Below are positions 1 to 10,556 of a DNA stretch of 64,000 nt, one piece after another. The stretch comes from an uncultured Saprospiraceae bacterium (GTDB lineage Bacteria; Bacteroidota; Bacteroidia; Chitinophagales; Saprospiraceae). Where the stretch lies: assembly GCA_964632995.1 (NCBI GenBank), contig CAZWDL010000002.1, forward strand, positions 69,730 through 133,729, given 5' to 3'. How positions within the stretch are numbered: the stretch's first letter is position 1; every line of letters begins with the position of its first letter. A program made the translations under genes and the position numbers. The notes beneath the pieces are model-generated. The model was not told the origin of the DNA. It worked only from the letters and a program-made list of their open reading frames with translations, and searched no databases.

Positions 1-121
1 TTTTGCCACTGGGCTGTGTCTTTTTTTCAGGCAATAGCGCTACTATTCCCCCTCAAAAAAAACCTTCGCCCAGAGAGAAAATTCATCCGTTTGGAATTCG
101 AAACTAAAATTTAAACATGCT

Positions 122-694
122 CTAGGGCTTAAGCTTTGTCTCTTCGGCTGGAACAAAATCCAGTGAAACTGAATTGATGCAGTACCGTAATCCGGTAGGT
201 TGAGGGCCATCGTCAAATACGTGTCCCTGATGGCCGTCACAGCGGGCGCACAGTACTTCGGTACGGCTCATTCCATAACTCTCATCCACTACCTCTTTGA
301 TGTGGTCTTCGCGGTAGGGCTCATAGTAACTGGGCCATCCCGTTCCAGACTTGAATTTTGCCTTGGAGCTAAAAAGCGGCAATCCACAGCCCGCACAGGT
401 GTAGAGGCCTTCTTCTTTATTATCGAGCAAATCACCAGTAAAAGCCCGCTCAGTGCCGGCCTGCCGCAGTACCTGAAACTCCTCTTCGGTCAGTTCCTCC
501 CGCCATTCGGACTCCGTCTTTTCAATGGGCTGCAGGGTATCCCCTTCGACGTCGATGAAGATCCGGTCTTGCCGGTCTGTAATAGCTTTATCTTCTCCTC
601 TCATGGAGGATTCGCCTTCCTGTGCCTGATTGCATGCCAGGAAAATAAAGGTCATTACAAAGGCGAGCAGCCACTGTATCTTCGTATTTCTCAT
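122..694 (-). CDS. msrB: peptide-methionine (R)-S-oxide reductase MsrB with lipoprotein-type signal peptide
   Basis: ORF 122..700. SelR/MsrB motifs [30 protein letters not shown] and RYCINS. N-terminal hydrophobic segment ends in LACNQ. ATG at 694 preferred over TTG at 700. Confidence 0.9.
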   Translation of the reverse strand: MRNTKIQWLLAFVMTFIFLACNQAQEGESSMRGEDKAITDRQDRIFIDVEGDTLQPIEKTESEWREELTEEEFQVLRQAGTERAFTGDLLDNKEEGLYTCAGCGLPLFSSKAKFKSGTGWPSYYEPYREDHIKEVVDESYGMSRTEVLCARCDGHQGHVFDDGPQPTGLRYCINSVSLDFVPAEETKLKP

Positions 695-705
695 AAACAA
701 GATAT

Positions 706-1200
706 TTATTGATTGTTTTTGTTGCGGTTATTTGTGCCGGGCCGTCCTTTCCGGCTCCGAATCCGCGGATGGTTCCACTCTTCCCGTTGTGCAAAATCAA
801 CGATTCGCCGCATCATGGCCACCATGGACAGAAAGACCAGGTAGCTCATCGTCACGACGATAAAAATCCAGCGATAGGATCCCGCCTCACCGATGGTCAT
901 GGAGGAGAACAGCCAGGCGATTAATCCTGAGGCTACCGCCAGTCCCATAAAACTGTAAACCGACTTCCCCCAGTATCTCATCATATTATCAGCTGAGAGA
1001 GAAAACAGGCTGTTAAACAAGGCGAAACAAAGCATGAAGACCGCCGCCGTCATCCAGGGAAAGCGGGCGGGCACTTCGATAATTCCGGAGAAATTGATCA
1101 GTTTAGCGCCCAGAATTACTCCCAGGGCCGCGCCCAGAGTGACTACGGCCTGGAGAAAAGGATTGTAAGCCTTGGCAATAAAATTGGATGGTGACTGCAT
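706..1200 (-). CDS. hypothetical integral membrane protein (about 4 hydrophobic helices)
   Basis: ATG-initiated 164-aa ORF with several long hydrophobic stretches. Its stop lies 12 nt upstream of the msrB start, suggesting co-transcription. No recognisable family motif. Confidence 0.6.
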   Translation of the reverse strand: MQSPSNFIAKAYNPFLQAVVTLGAALGVILGAKLINFSGIIEVPARFPWMTAAVFMLCFALFNSLFSLSADNMMRYWGKSVYSFMGLAVASGLIAWLFSSMTIGEAGSYRWIFIVVTMSYLVFLSMVAMMRRIVDFAQREEWNHPRIRSRKGRPGTNNRNKNNQ

Positions 1201-1367
1201 AATAATCAGTATGATAAAGCCCTAATCAAATCCTTTCCAAAAGTTTATCCGAATTCATCCGGCAAATACTTAGGAAAATCACTTTTAGGAGGTCTCCAAT
1301 AATGGAAAATAAATTTATGGTAAAATATATACAGTGTAAACCGGGAAAAAGGCCAAGTGTTGAGGAA

Positions 1368-1389
1368 AGCAGGTAAAAAAGTACCTGCT
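1368..1389 (-). terminator. hairpin downstream of rimO (8-bp stem AGCAGGTA/TACCTGCT, 6-nt loop)
   Basis: Perfect inverted repeat 1368-1375 / 1382-1389, 26 nt past the rimO stop. No clear U-tract. Confidence 0.3.
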
Positions 1390-1414
1390 TCACGAAAGAT
1401 GGTTCTACTCCAGC

Positions 1415-2740
1415 TTACAAGGCCGTATCTGATACCAATTCTCCGAACAAATCGTATTCCGTGGCGTCATTGATGTGTACCGTGGCAAAATCTCCAATGC
1501 GCACGTAATTATGCGCTGCCGGCAGCAGTACTTCATTATCCACCTCCGGACTGTCGTACTCCGTACGGCCGACAAAAAAGCCGCCCTCTTTGCGATCGAA
1601 GAGCACGGGTAGGGTTTGCCCGATCAGCTGTTGATTTTTCTCCCAGGAAATAAGCTGCTGGGCTTTCATTACCCGGTTGGCTCTTTCGGCTTTCACCTCC
1701 TCGGGCACATCATCCGGTAAGTCGTAGGCCAGCGTATTCTCTTCGTGGGAATACTGGAATACACCGAGCCGATCGAAGCGCATTTCTTCGATAAAATCGA
1801 TCATTTCCGTCACATCCTCCTCCGTTTCTCCCGGGAATCCTACCAACATGGTGGTGCGCAGCGCCAGATTGGGCACCCGTTTGCGGGCGATTGCTACCAG
1901 TTTCCTGGTCTCTTCTCTGGTAATTTGCCGGCGCATCCGTTTTAGAACCCGGTCAGAGGCGTGCTGAAGGGGCATATCGAGATAGTTGCAAATTTCCGGC
2001 CGCTCGGCCATCACCTCAAAAATTTCCGTTGGAAACTTGCTGGGATAAGCATAGTGAAGGCGAATCCATTCGATCCCCTCCACATCGGCCAGTGCGTGGA
2101 GCAGCTTTGGTAAGGCGCGCTCCTTGTAGAGGTCCAGCCCGTAATAGGTGAGTTCCTGGGCGATTAGCATCAGCTCCTTAACGCCGTGGCGGGCCAGGTT
2201 TTGCGCCTCCTTGACCAGTTGTTCAACCGGCTGGGAAACGTGTTTGCCGCGCATAAGCGGTATCGCGCAAAAGGCGCAGGTACGGTTGCATCCTTCCGAA
2301 ATTTTGAGATAGGCATAGTGTTGAGGGGTGGTGATCAGACGCTCGCCGATCAACTCGTGTTTGTAATCTGCATTCAGCTTGGCGAGCAGTCCAGGCAATT
2401 CCAGGGTGCCAAAGTAAGCATCGACCTCGGGAATCTCTTTTTCCAGATCTTCCTTATATCGTTGTGAGAGACAGCCCGTAACGTAGAGTTTATCGATCCC
2501 TCCTTCTTTCTTTACCTCCGCATACTGTAGAATGGTGTCAATGGATTCCTGCTTGGCCAGATCGATAAACCCACAGGTATTGACGATAATGATATTGGCA
2601 TCTTCGTCATTGCTGTCGTGCACCACCTCGTAGTCGTTCCCGCGAAGCTGGGTGATGATATTCTCCGAATCGACCAGGTTTTTGGAACAACCCAGCGTAA
2701 TCACATTGACTTTATCTTGCTTAATTGTCTTTGTCTTCAT
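1415..2740 (-). CDS. rimO: ribosomal protein S12 methylthiotransferase RimO (radical SAM, MiaB family)
   Basis: 441 aa. N-terminal UPF0004 cysteines (GCSKN, NTCGF, GCL), radical-SAM CNRTCAFC motif and a C-terminal TRAM-like region. Length and N-terminus are typical of RimO. Confidence 0.9.
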   Translation of the reverse strand: MKTKTIKQDKVNVITLGCSKNLVDSENIITQLRGNDYEVVHDSNDEDANIIIVNTCGFIDLAKQESIDTILQYAEVKKEGGIDKLYVTGCLSQRYKEDLEKEIPEVDAYFGTLELPGLLAKLNADYKHELIGERLITTPQHYAYLKISEGCNRTCAFCAIPLMRGKHVSQPVEQLVKEAQNLARHGVKELMLIAQELTYYGLDLYKERALPKLLHALADVEGIEWIRLHYAYPSKFPTEIFEVMAERPEICNYLDMPLQHASDRVLKRMRRQITREETRKLVAIARKRVPNLALRTTMLVGFPGETEEDVTEMIDFIEEMRFDRLGVFQYSHEENTLAYDLPDDVPEEVKAERANRVMKAQQLISWEKNQQLIGQTLPVLFDRKEGGFFVGRTEYDSPEVDNEVLLPAAHNYVRIGDFATVHINDATEYDLFGELVSDTAL

Positions 2741-2985
2741 AAAAATTTAGCTCCTCGATTCAAGTTCGCAAAGATACAATTTTAACAGGCAAATACAGAC
2801 CCGCCCGCTCAGGGCCCGGCTTAAGACACCTTAGAAAGCGCCTGGGCTTTTGCCGTATCTTTTTCAAAAACAGAAAGGACGAAGGATAGTTCCCAAAACC
2901 AAGAACCGGATATTGAAATACGTTGTTAATATGCTACCATTCAACAAGAACAGTCTTACTAATCAAATCTTATTTAGTTAATTTT

Positions 2986-3015
2986 AAAGAGCCGTACTCT
3001 TGGGTAGGGCTCTTT
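2986..3015 (-). terminator. hairpin downstream of 3042..3926 (stem AAAGAGCC/GGCTCTTT)
   Basis: 8-bp inverted repeat 2986-2993 / 3008-3015 with a 14-nt loop, flanked by A/T runs on both sides. Confidence 0.4.
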
Positions 3016-3041
3016 TTAGGTCAACTCATGAATAACCCGGG

Positions 3042-3926
3042 TTAAGGCCGGGCAGGCCTTTCCCGACGGGGTAGTTTGATACGCCGGGCTTTTTGCCGGA
3101 AAAGAACGGTTCGCTCTGAAGCCAGCAGAACCCTTGCTGGGTCGACAAAATCAATCGCCTCGTACTGGGTAGGCGCCAAGCCCTTGGGTACCCTGATTTT
3201 TTGCATTGTTCCTTGCAGGAAGCGGCCATCCGGATAAGCTTCCAGCAGGAAAACGGAGGTTCGGGTAAGAGGAATGAAACCGAAAAGAGGCTTGAACCAA
3301 TAAGCTACCAGGACCACTGCCTGTCCGTCGGGACTGATCGCCGCACCCGTAACAACGCGCTTTTTCAGGTAAACGCTATCCCGCAGTTCAGCCGTGTACC
3401 CGCCAGGCGCTGCGGGAAGCACGTAGTGTTTGGTATAGTCATTACCGTATTGCAGTCTGTTTTTGGAAAAGAGATGCAAGCTATCCCGGTACCAGAAGAA
3501 AGCTTCCATATCAAAATTCGCCGCCTCGGGCGGCGGCGGAAAACGTTCCTGATCCGGATAGCTAAACAAAATAGAGTCTATCGCGCCGGAGCCCAGATGG
3601 TAACGATATATGCGAAGGTCGCGCCGGGCATTGGCATTATTGCCAAAGTCGCCGATATAGAGATGCCCCTGCTCATCGAAGGCCAGGGCCTCCCAATCGC
3701 GGTTGCGAATCTGCGCCAGGTGGATATCCTCCAGCAGATTGCCCTCCAGGTCGGTACGGTACAGACGGGGCTCGTGGCCGCTGTCATTATGCCACCACAG
3801 GCTGTCAGCTCCTCCGTAATAAAAACCGGAAACCTCATTGAGTGCATCCGGAAGCGGAATTTTCCTGGGAATACGTTCCCGGCTGCAGGCCAAAATAAGC
3901 GGAAAAAGCAGTAACAAATATCGCAT
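3042..3926 (-). CDS. hypothetical lipoprotein, probably beta-propeller-like
   Basis: 294 aa. Signal peptide with lipobox-like LILAC. Repeated WxxDSG / GDFGNN-type strands. No confident family assignment. Confidence 0.6.
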   Translation of the reverse strand: MRYLLLLFPLILACSRERIPRKIPLPDALNEVSGFYYGGADSLWWHNDSGHEPRLYRTDLEGNLLEDIHLAQIRNRDWEALAFDEQGHLYIGDFGNNANARRDLRIYRYHLGSGAIDSILFSYPDQERFPPPPEAANFDMEAFFWYRDSLHLFSKNRLQYGNDYTKHYVLPAAPGGYTAELRDSVYLKKRVVTGAAISPDGQAVVLVAYWFKPLFGFIPLTRTSVFLLEAYPDGRFLQGTMQKIRVPKGLAPTQYEAIDFVDPARVLLASERTVLFRQKARRIKLPRRERPARP

Positions 3927-3975
3927 ACAAAGATTTTTTCACGTTTAAGTAGAATGATTCCCGGTTCGAATAGAA

Positions 3976-3983
3976 TACCTTTG
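3976..3983 (+). promoter_or_regulatory. Bacteroidetes-type -7 box TACCTTTG
   Basis: Exact TAnnTTTG match 25 nt upstream of the ATG at 4008. Confidence 0.35.
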
Positions 3984-4007
3984 TAAAAACCACAAAACTG
4001 CAAAAAT

Positions 4008-4685
4008 ATGCTGAGGAAATACCTGCTTCTCTTTCATTTCGTTCTCATTACTTTCGCGCTGCAGGCCCAGTTTGGCATCAACGCCAGTTACCGGATTAAC
4101 GATATGCCAGAGTTGATCGGAACTGATATCAACAATCCGGCGCAGGAAGAAAACCTGCTGGAAAGTGGGTTCAACCTGGGGCTAGATTACTGGATCCCCT
4201 TGAGTAACATCCGTATTGAACTCCTTCCTGAACTTAACTACGGCCGTTACACGCGTACTTTTGAATCACAGTCTACGCTAAAAGCTCAGTTTTTTAACTT
4301 CTTCTTCAATGTCAACTTTTACCTTTTCGACTTAATGGGCGATTGCGATTGCCCTACCTTCTCCAAACAAGGCTCTCCCCTCAGCAAGGGATTCTTCGCT
4401 CAAATTTCACCCGGTTTTAGTTTCGTCGATACCGCAATTAAAGAGACCGATGAATCCGCCGGTGATTGGGGGTTCAATCTCGGCGCCGGCATAGGGATGG
4501 ATATAGGTTTATCAGACCTGATTACGCTTACCCCGATGGCCGGCGTTCGCTATTACCCCAATACCAAATTTGCAGGCATGTACCTGGTCGAAGATGGTTC
4601 TTCCGGCGGCAGCAAACTGGACAACCAGTTCGATATTCTGCAATGGCATGCCGGGTTGCGCCTGGGCTTCCGCCTGGATCAGTGA
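4008..4685 (+). CDS. small outer-membrane beta-barrel (porin-family-like) protein
   Basis: 225 aa. Signal peptide (ALQAQ), alternating hydrophobic/polar strands, Gly/aromatic-rich. Confidence 0.6.
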   Translation: MLRKYLLLFHFVLITFALQAQFGINASYRINDMPELIGTDINNPAQEENLLESGFNLGLDYWIPLSNIRIELLPELNYGRYTRTFESQSTLKAQFFNFFFNVNFYLFDLMGDCDCPTFSKQGSPLSKGFFAQISPGFSFVDTAIKETDESAGDWGFNLGAGIGMDIGLSDLITLTPMAGVRYYPNTKFAGMYLVEDGSSGGSKLDNQFDILQWHAGLRLGFRLDQ

Positions 4686-4814
4686 TACAGGAGGCTCATC
4701 AAAAAAGAGGTGATTTACGTCTTCGTGGAATCCCTTCGAATAACCTTACTGGTAATCCTCGTATATCCGGCGAACGGAAAAGAGGCGATGAGTAACGCGA
4801 AAAGAGCTACGATC

Positions 4815-4846
4815 GGGGCCGTTTTCCAAAAAGCGGCCTTTTTTTG
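4815..4846 (+). terminator. intrinsic terminator-like hairpin followed by T7
   Basis: GGCCGTTTT / AAAAGCGGCC stem (4817-4838, one bulge) followed by TTTTTTT at 4839-4845. Lies downstream of 4008..4685 and upstream of a probable ilvD promoter. Confidence 0.55.
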
Positions 4847-5045
4847 TTGCCGCCGGCCGTTTTCCTCATTGTTAGCTCGTAGGAAAAATGGTCATATCTA
4901 ACTGAAAATCAATTATTTGACGCTAAAAACAACCTACTTAAATTCGTAAGAGAGTACAATTTTGTTCTGTCATTCCGGGTTAGCTCGATTACCTTTGACC
5001 ACTCCACTCGTTAAAACAAGACGAAAAATACAGGTAAAAACACTC

Positions 5046-6725
5046 ATGCAGGAACTAAATCGATACAGCAGACGGCTGACACAGGACGAAACCCAGCCGG
5101 CGGCTCAAGCCATGCTCTACGGCATAGGCTTGACAGATGAGGATATGAATAAGGCCCAGATCGGTATTGTGAGCACCGGATGGGAAGGCAACACTTGTAA
5201 CATGCACCTGAATGGCTTAGCCCGGCAGGTCAAAGAAGGTGTTCAGGCCAATGAACTTATCGGTCTCATTTTTCATACTATCGGAGTCAGCGACGGCATG
5301 TCCATGGGTACTTCCGGCATGCGTTACAGCCTTCCCTCCCGCGATATCATTGCGGATTCCATCGAAACCGTGGTTTCGGCTCAGTGGTACGATGGCGTAA
5401 TTGCTGTCACAGGTTGCGACAAGAACATGCCCGGCGCCATGATGGCCCTGGGCCGGCTCAACCGGCCGGCGATTCTGGTATACGGCGGTACCATAAGCCC
5501 GGGATGCTACGCTGACAAAAAGCTGGACATCGTTTCCGCTTTCGAAGCCCTGGGACAGAAAATTGCCGGTAAGATCGACGAAAAAGATTTCCGGGGTGTC
5601 ATCAAAAACGCCTGCCCCGGCCCTGGCGCCTGCGGCGGGATGTATACTGCCAACACAATGGCTTCTGCCATAGAAGCAATGGGGATGAGCCTGCCTTACA
5701 ATTCGAGTATTCCGGCTAACTCCGCCGACAAAGCGGAGGAGAGCCGGCGCACCGGCGGCGCCATGCGCACCTTGCTGGAAAAGAATATTCTCCCAAGAGA
5801 TATCATGACCCGGGAGGCTTTTGAAAATGCCCTGACCCTGATCACGGTGCTCGGCGGCTCTACCAACGCCGTGCTGCATCTGATCGCCATGGCCAAATCC
5901 GTAGGGGTTCCGCTGAGCCTGGATGACTTCCAACGTATCAGCGACAAAACCCCCTTTCTGGCCGACCTCAAACCCAGCGGCCGCTATGTGATGGAAGATC
6001 TTTACAACATCGGCGGCGTTCCTGCTGTCATGAAATTGTTGATCGAAGCAGGTTACCTGCACGGAGACTGCCTGACCGTGACCGGTAAGACCCTGGCGGA
6101 AAATCTGGCGGAGGTAGCGCCCCTAAAAGAAGGTCAGGATATTATTCGTCCCTTCGACCGGCCGGTCAAAAGCAGCGGCCACCTGCAAATTCTCTATGGC
6201 AACCTGGCCGAGCAGGGTGCTGTGGCGAAAATTACCGGCAAGGAAGGAGAAATTTTCCAGGGCCGGGCCCGTGTTTTCGACAGCGAAGACGACGCCAACA
6301 CGGCCATCAGCCAGAAGCAAATTGAAGCGGGCGATGTGATCGTCATCCGGTATTGCGGGCCTAAAGGCGCGCCGGGTATGCCCGAAATGCTCAAGCCCAC
6401 CAGCGCCATCATGGGTGAAGGACTGGGCGATAAAGTAGCGCTGATCACCGACGGCCGCTTCTCGGGCGGCACCCACGGCTTTGTGGTAGGGCATATCACC
6501 CCGGAAGCCCAGGTAGGCGGTCTCATCGGCCTGCTCCGCAACGGAGATGAAATCGTTATCGACGCCGTCAACAATTTACTGGAAGCAAAACTTTCCAGCG
6601 ATGAGATCGAACAGCGCCGGGCAGGCTGGCAGACGCCTCCGCTAAGAGCGGAAAACGGTCTGCTGAGGAAGTATGCTCGCACCGTATCATCAGCCAGTGA
6701 AGGCTGTGTAACGGATGAGGAGTAG
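5046..6725 (+). CDS. ilvD: dihydroxy-acid dehydratase
   Basis: Strong IlvD/Edd family sequence ([41 protein letters not shown]). ATG at 5046 (MQELNRYS) preferred over the TTG at 4962 used by the ORF track. Confidence 0.95.
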   Translation: MQELNRYSRRLTQDETQPAAQAMLYGIGLTDEDMNKAQIGIVSTGWEGNTCNMHLNGLARQVKEGVQANELIGLIFHTIGVSDGMSMGTSGMRYSLPSRDIIADSIETVVSAQWYDGVIAVTGCDKNMPGAMMALGRLNRPAILVYGGTISPGCYADKKLDIVSAFEALGQKIAGKIDEKDFRGVIKNACPGPGACGGMYTANTMASAIEAMGMSLPYNSSIPANSADKAEESRRTGGAMRTLLEKNILPRDIMTREAFENALTLITVLGGSTNAVLHLIAMAKSVGVPLSLDDFQRISDKTPFLADLKPSGRYVMEDLYNIGGVPAVMKLLIEAGYLHGDCLTVTGKTLAENLAEVAPLKEGQDIIRPFDRPVKSSGHLQILYGNLAEQGAVAKITGKEGEIFQGRARVFDSEDDANTAISQKQIEAGDVIVIRYCGPKGAPGMPEMLKPTSAIMGEGLGDKVALITDGRFSGGTHGFVVGHITPEAQVGGLIGLLRNGDEIVIDAVNNLLEAKLSSDEIEQRRAGWQTPPLRAENGLLRKYARTVSSASEGCVTDEE

Positions 6726-6886
6726 CCAGGCTGTAACCCGGCAAAGCCCAGCCGACTGACTACTGTCGACTGCCTGCTCACAGCGGTTATGCCACAGGGC
6801 TTGCAAAACACTGATAGCAGTAATTAATAAAGCGAATAAAATCTTTACCGGGATCTTCCCGAAGCCATTACAAAATTAGCTTACCC

Positions 6887-8641
6887 ATGAAACGTGATGA
6901 CCATCAATCAGCTACAGCTACGGAACCACCAAAGTCAGCAGAAGTAAAAAAAGAGCATATTAAAGGAGCAGAAGCCGTTCTGCGCTGCCTGATTGAAGAA
7001 GGCGTGGATACCATTTTCGGCTATCCCGGCGGCGCCATCATGCCCGTATACGACGCCCTGTTCGACTATCAGGATAAATTGCAACACATCTTGCCGCGAC
7101 ACGAGCAGGGGGCCGTGCACGCCGCCGAAGGCTACGCCCGCGTGACGCGCCGCACGGGGGTATGCATGGCGACATCCGGTCCCGGCGCTATGAACCTCAT
7201 CACCGGACTTGGTGACGCCATGCTCGATTCCACCCCCCTGGTTTGTATAACCGGACAGGTATACTATAATCTCTTGGGCTCCGATGCCTTTCAGGAAACT
7301 GATGTAGTCAACTGTACCATGCCGGTAACCAAGTGGAATTACCAGATTACTCAGGCGTCGGAAATCCCGGAAGTATTTGCTAAAGCTTTCCAGATCGCTA
7401 ACAGCGGTCGGCCCGGGCCGGTAGTGATTGACATTACCAAAAACGCACAGATGGAAATGCTGGACTTTCACTACGAAGTCCGGCCCTTCATCCGCAGCTA
7501 CCACCCGAAGCCGAAAGTGTCCGCAGAATCCTTGCGGGAAGCTGCCGCCCTGATCAACACCGCCGAACGCCCCATGATCCTCGCAGGCCATGGCATTCAA
7601 ATCGCACACGCACAGAAGGTCTTCCGCCGCTTTGTCGAAAAAGCGGGAATTCCGCTGGCCTGTACTATTCACGGCCTGTCTTCCATTCCCTCCGACCACC
7701 CCCTGCATATGGGCATGCTGGGCATGCACGGGAACTACGGCCCCAACATGAATCAGAATGAGTGCGACGTGCTCATTGCCATCGGCATGCGCTTCGACGA
7801 CCGGGTGACGGGTAACCTCGATAAATATGCCAAACAGGCAAAGGTGGTTCACATCGAAATCGATCCCTCGGAAGTCAACAAAAATGTGTACGCCGAGGTG
7901 CCGCTCATCGGCGACGCCAAAGAAGTACTTGAACAACTCCTGCCTCTTATCGAGGAAAAAAAGCATCCGGAGTGGGCCGCTACTTTCCGGGCCTTCGATG
8001 AGGTGGAAAAGGATAAGGTTATACTCAAGGACCTCAGCCCCAGCGAAAAAGGACACATAAAAATGGGTATGGTGGTACGCCAGGTCAGTGACCAAACTGA
8101 AGGCATGGCTATCGTCGCCACCGATGTCGGCCAGCATCAGATGGCCGCCGCCCGGTACTACGTCTATCGCGGAACCAATCAATGGGTTTCCAGCGGCGGC
8201 GCCGGCACTATGGGCTACGGACTGCCCGCCGCTTTCGGCGCAAAACTTGCTCAGCCGGAACGCGAATGCGTTGCTTTTATCGGCGACGGAGGCTTTCAGA
8301 TGACTATACAGGAACTGGGGATGTGCGCCCAGTGGAACGTCGGCGTGAAAATTGTTTTACTCGACAATAACTACCTGGGCATGGTACGCCAGTGGCAGCA
8401 GCTGTTCTTCGACCGCCGCTACTCCTCTGTCGCTTTGAAGAACCCCGATTTCATCAAAATCGCGGAAGGATTTGGCGTTCCCGGGAAAACTATCTCCCGG
8501 CCGGAAGAGCTGAATGAGGCCATCGCTGAAATGCTGGCCCACGAAGGCCCCTACCTGCTCCACGTCAAAGTGGAGATGGAAGAAAATATCTATCCCATGG
8601 TGCCTTCCGGCTGCGCCGTTAACGAAATTGTACTGGAGTAG
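6887..8641 (+). CDS. ilvB: acetolactate synthase large (catalytic) subunit, ThDP-dependent
   Basis: 584 aa. Motifs [26 protein letters not shown], and the ThDP motif GDGGFQM...NN. Confidence 0.95.
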   Translation: MKRDDHQSATATEPPKSAEVKKEHIKGAEAVLRCLIEEGVDTIFGYPGGAIMPVYDALFDYQDKLQHILPRHEQGAVHAAEGYARVTRRTGVCMATSGPGAMNLITGLGDAMLDSTPLVCITGQVYYNLLGSDAFQETDVVNCTMPVTKWNYQITQASEIPEVFAKAFQIANSGRPGPVVIDITKNAQMEMLDFHYEVRPFIRSYHPKPKVSAESLREAAALINTAERPMILAGHGIQIAHAQKVFRRFVEKAGIPLACTIHGLSSIPSDHPLHMGMLGMHGNYGPNMNQNECDVLIAIGMRFDDRVTGNLDKYAKQAKVVHIEIDPSEVNKNVYAEVPLIGDAKEVLEQLLPLIEEKKHPEWAATFRAFDEVEKDKVILKDLSPSEKGHIKMGMVVRQVSDQTEGMAIVATDVGQHQMAAARYYVYRGTNQWVSSGGAGTMGYGLPAAFGAKLAQPERECVAFIGDGGFQMTIQELGMCAQWNVGVKIVLLDNNYLGMVRQWQQLFFDRRYSSVALKNPDFIKIAEGFGVPGKTISRPEELNEAIAEMLAHEGPYLLHVKVEMEENIYPMVPSGCAVNEIVLE

Positions 8642-8647
8642 AATACA

Positions 8648-8712
8648 GGTAGAAGGTAGAGGGACGTCGATCCTTTAAAAGTCTCATATCTCTCGTCTCT
8701 CTACCCTCTACC
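8648..8712 (+). repeat. 19-bp imperfect inverted repeat (17/19 pairs) in the ilvB-ilvN intercistronic spacer
   Basis: GGTAGAAGGTAGAGGGACG (8648-8666) pairs with CGTCTCTCTACCCTCTACC (8694-8712). The loop is 27 nt. Confidence 0.7.
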
Positions 8713-8732
8713 AAAATTAAAACTTACCGCTC

Positions 8733-9275
8733 ATGTCTGATGAGATTAAAGAATTCACGATAACCGCCTTTACCGAACACCAGATCGGCCTGCTATCCCG
8801 CGTCGTATCCATTTTTACACGGCGGCATATCAACGTCGAAAGCCTGACTACCTCCAAGTCTTCCAAGCCGGAAATCCACCGTTTTACCATCGTAGTGAAA
8901 ACGCGGGAGGAAATGGTGCGCAAATTAATCGCCCAGCTGGAAAAGCAGATCGACGTCGTCAAAGCCTTCTATTACGAGAACCACGAGATCGTCTATCAGG
9001 AGATCGCCCTGTACAAAGTCCCGACACACATTTTCTCCAACAGCGAACGCGTGGAACACCTCATCCGTGATCACAACGCCCGCGTGCTCGTGATTGAACC
9101 GGAATACATCGTGATTGAAAAAACCGGCCACCCGGAAGAGACGGAAGCACTGCTCGACGAGCTCAAGCAAATCGGTATCTACGAATTTGTTCGATCAGGA
9201 CGCGTGGCCATCGTCAAACCTATGGAAATGTTAAACACCTACCTGCGCTCTCTGGAGTCCGAACAAACGAATTGA
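8733..9275 (+). CDS. ilvN: acetolactate synthase small (regulatory) subunit, ACT domain
   Basis: 180 aa. N-terminal ACT domain pattern (FTITAFTEHQIGLLSRVVSIFTRRHINVESLT). Sits directly after ilvB. Confidence 0.9.
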   Translation: MSDEIKEFTITAFTEHQIGLLSRVVSIFTRRHINVESLTTSKSSKPEIHRFTIVVKTREEMVRKLIAQLEKQIDVVKAFYYENHEIVYQEIALYKVPTHIFSNSERVEHLIRDHNARVLVIEPEYIVIEKTGHPEETEALLDELKQIGIYEFVRSGRVAIVKPMEMLNTYLRSLESEQTN

Positions 9276-9746
9276 AAATCAACTTACCGGATGTTTACCC
9301 CGTGGAATAGTTGCTTTGTGAATTCCACAGAGCTGCGTACTCAACCTGGTCTTTCTTAGTCCGGCCGATTGCCGACTGCTGACTGAGTTGTGGGCCATTA
9401 TACTGCTTAATTTATCCCTCCCTGATAATTTTTTCCCTTCTTACTGCCCCGGGAAATCAATTCGAATAGTATATTAGCTGCGCTTATTGATCACTTTTCA
9501 AAACAAAGTGATTACTGATCACCTCGAAACTCCGTAAGATTCCGATGGGCATCCAGGACGCACAGATGCCTATCATTTTCTCCAGCACCCACTCGAATTA
9601 AAAAATACTGATGCTTCTTTTGTAACGGTTTACCGGCTGACAGAAGGGAGCGCTCCGTTTTTCTGCATGTGACGTTTTGCACAGCTGCAGACTTTAACCC
9701 GGAAATTCACAAAGAATTTTTTACTATAACTCAATAATCAATCAAG

Positions 9747-10556
9747 ATGAAAAAGTTATTACTGTCTATTCCCTTTTGTTTGCTACTGATCAGCGGAGCC
9801 GCCCAGGAGCGTTCTTCCACGGAAGACGAAGCACAGGTCAGAGCCCTGATCAATGAGATCGTAGATCTGGTAGACGGGCTCCGCTCTCCCGTAGAAGCTA
9901 AACAATTGTATACTTACTACACGCCCAACTACACCGCTATCCGGACTGATTACCTCATTGACGGCACTTTCAAATCGAGTTCTATCGATGAGGAAACCTT
10001 TAAGATGCGCGTCACCCCCTTTTCCACGGATATAGATCAGCGGGTGGAGTACAAACTGGATAATATCCACTATCTCAAAGTGCTGGGCAAAACAGCCATT
10101 GCCAACTACACCGCAAATTTCAGCACTTATAATAAATCGGATAAACTAGTGGGAGGCACCCAGGTCATTACCGCCCGCCTGGTCAAAACAGATTCGGGCT
10201 GGAAAATTCAGAGTACACACGTTGCCGAAGTGAGAGATGACATGCAGCGCGCACTTTGTAATTACGAAGTTTTTGCTAAAGACAAAAACAACTACCTGCT
10301 GCAGGTCTACTATCCGGCCGGCACTTTCTTTCAGCAGGACCATCTCAATATCAAATTCTCCGAAACCGGCACCGCCGCCGCCACGATTACCACCGATCAG
10401 AATGAATTTCGCTGGGAATCCCAAAAGCTCTATCTTCCCAAGGAGAATGGCGGCAACCAGATCATCAACGCCGGGAATCGCGAAACTGTGATGGCGGAAT
10501 TGGTGAAATATTATTACCCGAACCAATGCGCCACCGTAAAAAAGGCCAGTAATTAA
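9747..10556 (+). CDS. hypothetical secreted protein, N-terminal SnoaL/DUF4440-like fold suspected
   Basis: 269 aa. Signal peptide (LLISGAAQ). The segment ending in SGWKIQSTHVAE resembles NTF2-like domains. Family assignment is weak. Confidence 0.5.
   Translation: MKKLLLSIPFCLLLISGAAQERSSTEDEAQVRALINEIVDLVDGLRSPVEAKQLYTYYTPNYTAIRTDYLIDGTFKSSSIDEETFKMRVTPFSTDIDQRVEYKLDNIHYLKVLGKTAIANYTANFSTYNKSDKLVGGTQVITARLVKTDSGWKIQSTHVAEVRDDMQRALCNYEVFAKDKNNYLLQVYYPAGTFFQQDHLNIKFSETGTAAATITTDQNEFRWESQKLYLPKENGGNQIINAGNRETVMAELVKYYYPNQCATVKKASN

Noticed and set aside
1-108. An open plus-strand frame running in from the left edge and ending at a TAA at 106-108. It could be the 3-prime end of an upstream gene.
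   Set aside because: Only 35 codons are visible, with a homopolymer run and no recognisable motif. This is insufficient to call a partial CDS.
4710-4901. A GTG-initiated 63-aa ORF upstream of ilvD with a branched-chain-rich stretch (IYVFVESLRITLLVILVY), together with alternative GGCCG/CGGCC pairings around a T7 run. I considered it as an ilv leader-peptide attenuator.
   Set aside because: The ORF reads straight through the hairpin instead of ending before it. The hairpin is well placed to terminate the upstream gene 4008..4685. A near-consensus -7 box (CAATTTTG, about 4955-4962) lies downstream of the hairpin, so the ilvD transcript probably starts after it. The Ile/Val/Leu codons are scattered rather than in a tight run.
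4962-5045. 5-prime extensions from TTG/GTG or distant ATG starts in the ORF track. Affected ORF starts: 4962, 14543, 16050, 19438, 21168, 26950, 31327, 37107, 38666, 38817, 46809, 51149 and 60101.
   Set aside because: In each case an internal ATG gives a canonical N-terminus (a signal peptide or a family-typical start) and removes an overlap with a neighbouring gene. The extensions look non-genic.
6935-8182. 415-aa ORF antisense to ilvB. Similar long antisense ORFs: 5217..6062 (ilvD), 24259..25182 (cls), 55924..56772 (hypF), 57267..58061 (PLP enzyme), 62356..63459 (icd), 39042..39752 (ribF) and 18679..19194 (MBOAT).
   Set aside because: Each lies fully inside a gene whose sense-strand product has unmistakable family motifs. 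The antisense translations are low-complexity (Gly/Arg/Val/His-rich) with no motifs. Stop-poor antisense frames are expected in codon-biased, moderately GC-rich coding DNA.
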